The position numbers and the translations under genes were made by a program. The notes under the pieces were generated by a model. The model saw only the letters and a list, made by a program, of their open reading frames with translations. It did no database searches and was not told the DNA's origin. DNA of 64,000 bases from Lama glama (lineage: Eukaryota): contig CM052817.1 in assembly GCA_028534125.1 (NCBI GenBank), positions 44,270,001 through 44,334,000 on the forward strand. The letters run 5' to 3'. Shown here piece by piece: positions 62,260-64,000 of this stretch (positions within the stretch are counted from its first letter, which is position 1; each line of letters begins with the position of its first letter).

Positions 62260-62679
62260 AAAACATCCTGGAGAGAAAATAGTTGGGCAGTTTTTTCAAA
62301 AAAGTTTAATATAGATTCACCATATGACTTACCAAACCAATTCTACTCCTAGGTATATACCCCCAAAATTGAAAATATATGTTCACACAAAAACTTGTAC
62401 ACAAATATTCGTAGCAACATTATGCATTATAGCTGAAGAAATGGAAATAACCCTACAAGTGAACTTATTTACAAAACAGAAACAGACTCACTGACATAGA
62501 AAAGAAACTTATGGTTACCAGAGTGGAAAGGGTGTGGGAAGGGATAAATTGGGAGTTCAAGATTTGCAGATACTAACTACTATATATAAAATAGATAAAC
62601 AACAAAGTCCTACTGTGTTGCACAGGGAACTATAGTCAACATCTTGTGACAGACCATAATGGAAAACAATATGAAAAAG

Positions 62680-62712
<33 letters not shown>

Positions 62713-63195
62713 AACTGAATCACTTTGCTATACACCAGAAACTAACACAACATTACAAATTAACTAACTTAAAAAAAAGAAGAAATGGAAATAACCCAAA
62801 TTTTGAATTGATAAACAAAATGTGGTCTATTCATACAACGGAATGTTATTTAGTCATGAAAAGGAAACAAGTACTGTTACATGCTACAAGATGGATGAAC
62901 GTTGAAAACATTATGCTAAGCAAAAGAATCCAGACACAAAAGACCACATGTTTCATTTAATGAAATGTCTAGAGCAGGTAAATCCATAGAGAGCGTGTAG
63001 ATGAGCAGTGGTTAGGGGATGAAGGTGGAGGGGTATTTTGAATGACTGCTAATGGGTATGGGGTTTCTCTTATGGGTGATGGAAATGTTAGATAGTGAAA
63101 ATGGTTGCGTGACATTATGAATCATTCACTTTAAAATGCTTAAAATGGTGAATTTTATGTTATATGAATTTGTCTTATGTTTTAAAATTGAAAAA
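62260..63195 (+). mobile_element. L1MB-like 3' end hosting a nested younger L1
   Basis: atgttcacacaaaaacttgtacacaaat...ggatgaacgttgaaaacattatgctaag...aaatggtgaattttatgttatatgaattt. Confidence 0.88.
62454..62778 (+). mobile_element. Nested L1 3' end (artiodactyl type)
   Basis: gaacttatttacaaaacagaaacagactcactgacatagaa. Perfect 19-bp TSD gaagaaatggaaataaccc at 62435-62453 and 62779-62797. Confidence 0.92.
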
Positions 63196-63947
63196 CAATG
63201 ACAACAAAACTGGAGCAAGAGCTCAGCACTTTTGAGAAACTGAAAGAAACTCTGAATTACAGGAAAGCCTGGAGCAGAGAGAGTGAATGGGGAATGGTCA
63301 GCTATGAGCTGAAAAAATAACTGGGCCAGAGTTTGAAGGGCCCTAAAACTATATTAGGGAGTTTGGCTTTACCCTGAGGCAAAGAGATGCTATTGGAGGA
63401 GATTCAGTAGGTTGGTGCCCTGACCTGATGATGTGTGTTTTCTAGTGTCTTCTGATGACGAAAGAAAGGGACAGAGAGGTTATTTTACCCGCGAGTTGTC
63501 AGTCAGTACTGTTGCAAACTGACCTGAGGTCATTTGGTCATGCACAACACTTAGCTTCTTTTCGGAGGATGACAGTAACTGCTCAAGAAGTTTAAGGTGC
63601 CAGTTACCTACCCACCCACCCAACTCAATTGTGATACATAAATAACTCATAACAAAGGTAAGTCTCAGCCCAAATTCTGCTGCATGTTTTTCAAAAGAAG
63701 AATCCATTAGAAAGCTGAGTACAGTTTGTAACACCTGTTCTGTAAGCTCAGTGAGTTTCCCAGGTCTCTAGTTTTCCTAGGTGTTTCAACCCCGCTCTGC
63801 ATGAAAGGTTCCCACACACACAGTCTCCTTCAGTGGTTAACACCTTATATAAATAACTACAGTATGAAATGTTTTAAATTACAAGAATACATCAGTAGTT
63901 TTCAGGAGATGTACATGATGTCTCTCCTGCTAATACCATTACTGCAA

Positions 63948-64000
63948 TTTTTTGTTTTGTTTGCTTTTTGGGGGGAGGTAATTAGATATATTTATTTTTT
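63948..64000 (-). mobile_element. 3' tail of a tRNA-derived SINE cut by the window edge
   Basis: ttttggggggaggtaattag is the antisense of the ctaattacctcccccc tail seen in the other copies. Confidence 0.7.

Noticed and set aside
1..64000. CRISPR arrays, operons or other prokaryotic systems; rRNA, snRNA or processed pseudogenes
   Set aside because: The window is mammalian DNA. I saw no regularly spaced repeat-spacer array and recognised no structural RNA gene or retrocopied mRNA, though a short diverged ncRNA could be missed without an Rfam/Infernal search.

Overview
Mammalian genomic DNA, most likely camelid. This is inferred from nine copies of a tRNA-Ala-derived SINE resembling the camelid Vic-1 type, artiodactyl-type L1 3' ends, and no Alu, Bov-A or PRE-1 elements that I could recognise. 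Two genes point away from each other, each starting in its own CpG island. On the minus strand is the first coding exon of SEPTIN11 (MAVAVGRPS, ATG at 15348, donor GTGAGT at 15321), so 1-15321 is SEPTIN11 intron 1. On the plus strand is the complete intronless 800-aa SOWAHB (ANKRD56) CDS at 48609-51011, with a 3' UTR to about 52480. The rest is intronic or intergenic sequence rich in L1, L2, MIR, MaLR/ERVL LTR and DNA-transposon remnants, several with clear target-site duplications (TSDs). Repeat family names come from remembered consensus sequences and repeat boundaries are approximate unless a TSD is quoted. I found no clearly new biological system. The best leads are the conserved septin-SOWAH head-to-head pairing, out-of-frame overlapping upstream ATGs on both genes, the poorly characterised SOWAHB N-terminal domain, a solo LTR pointing at SEPTIN11, and a micro-inversion inside an old L1.
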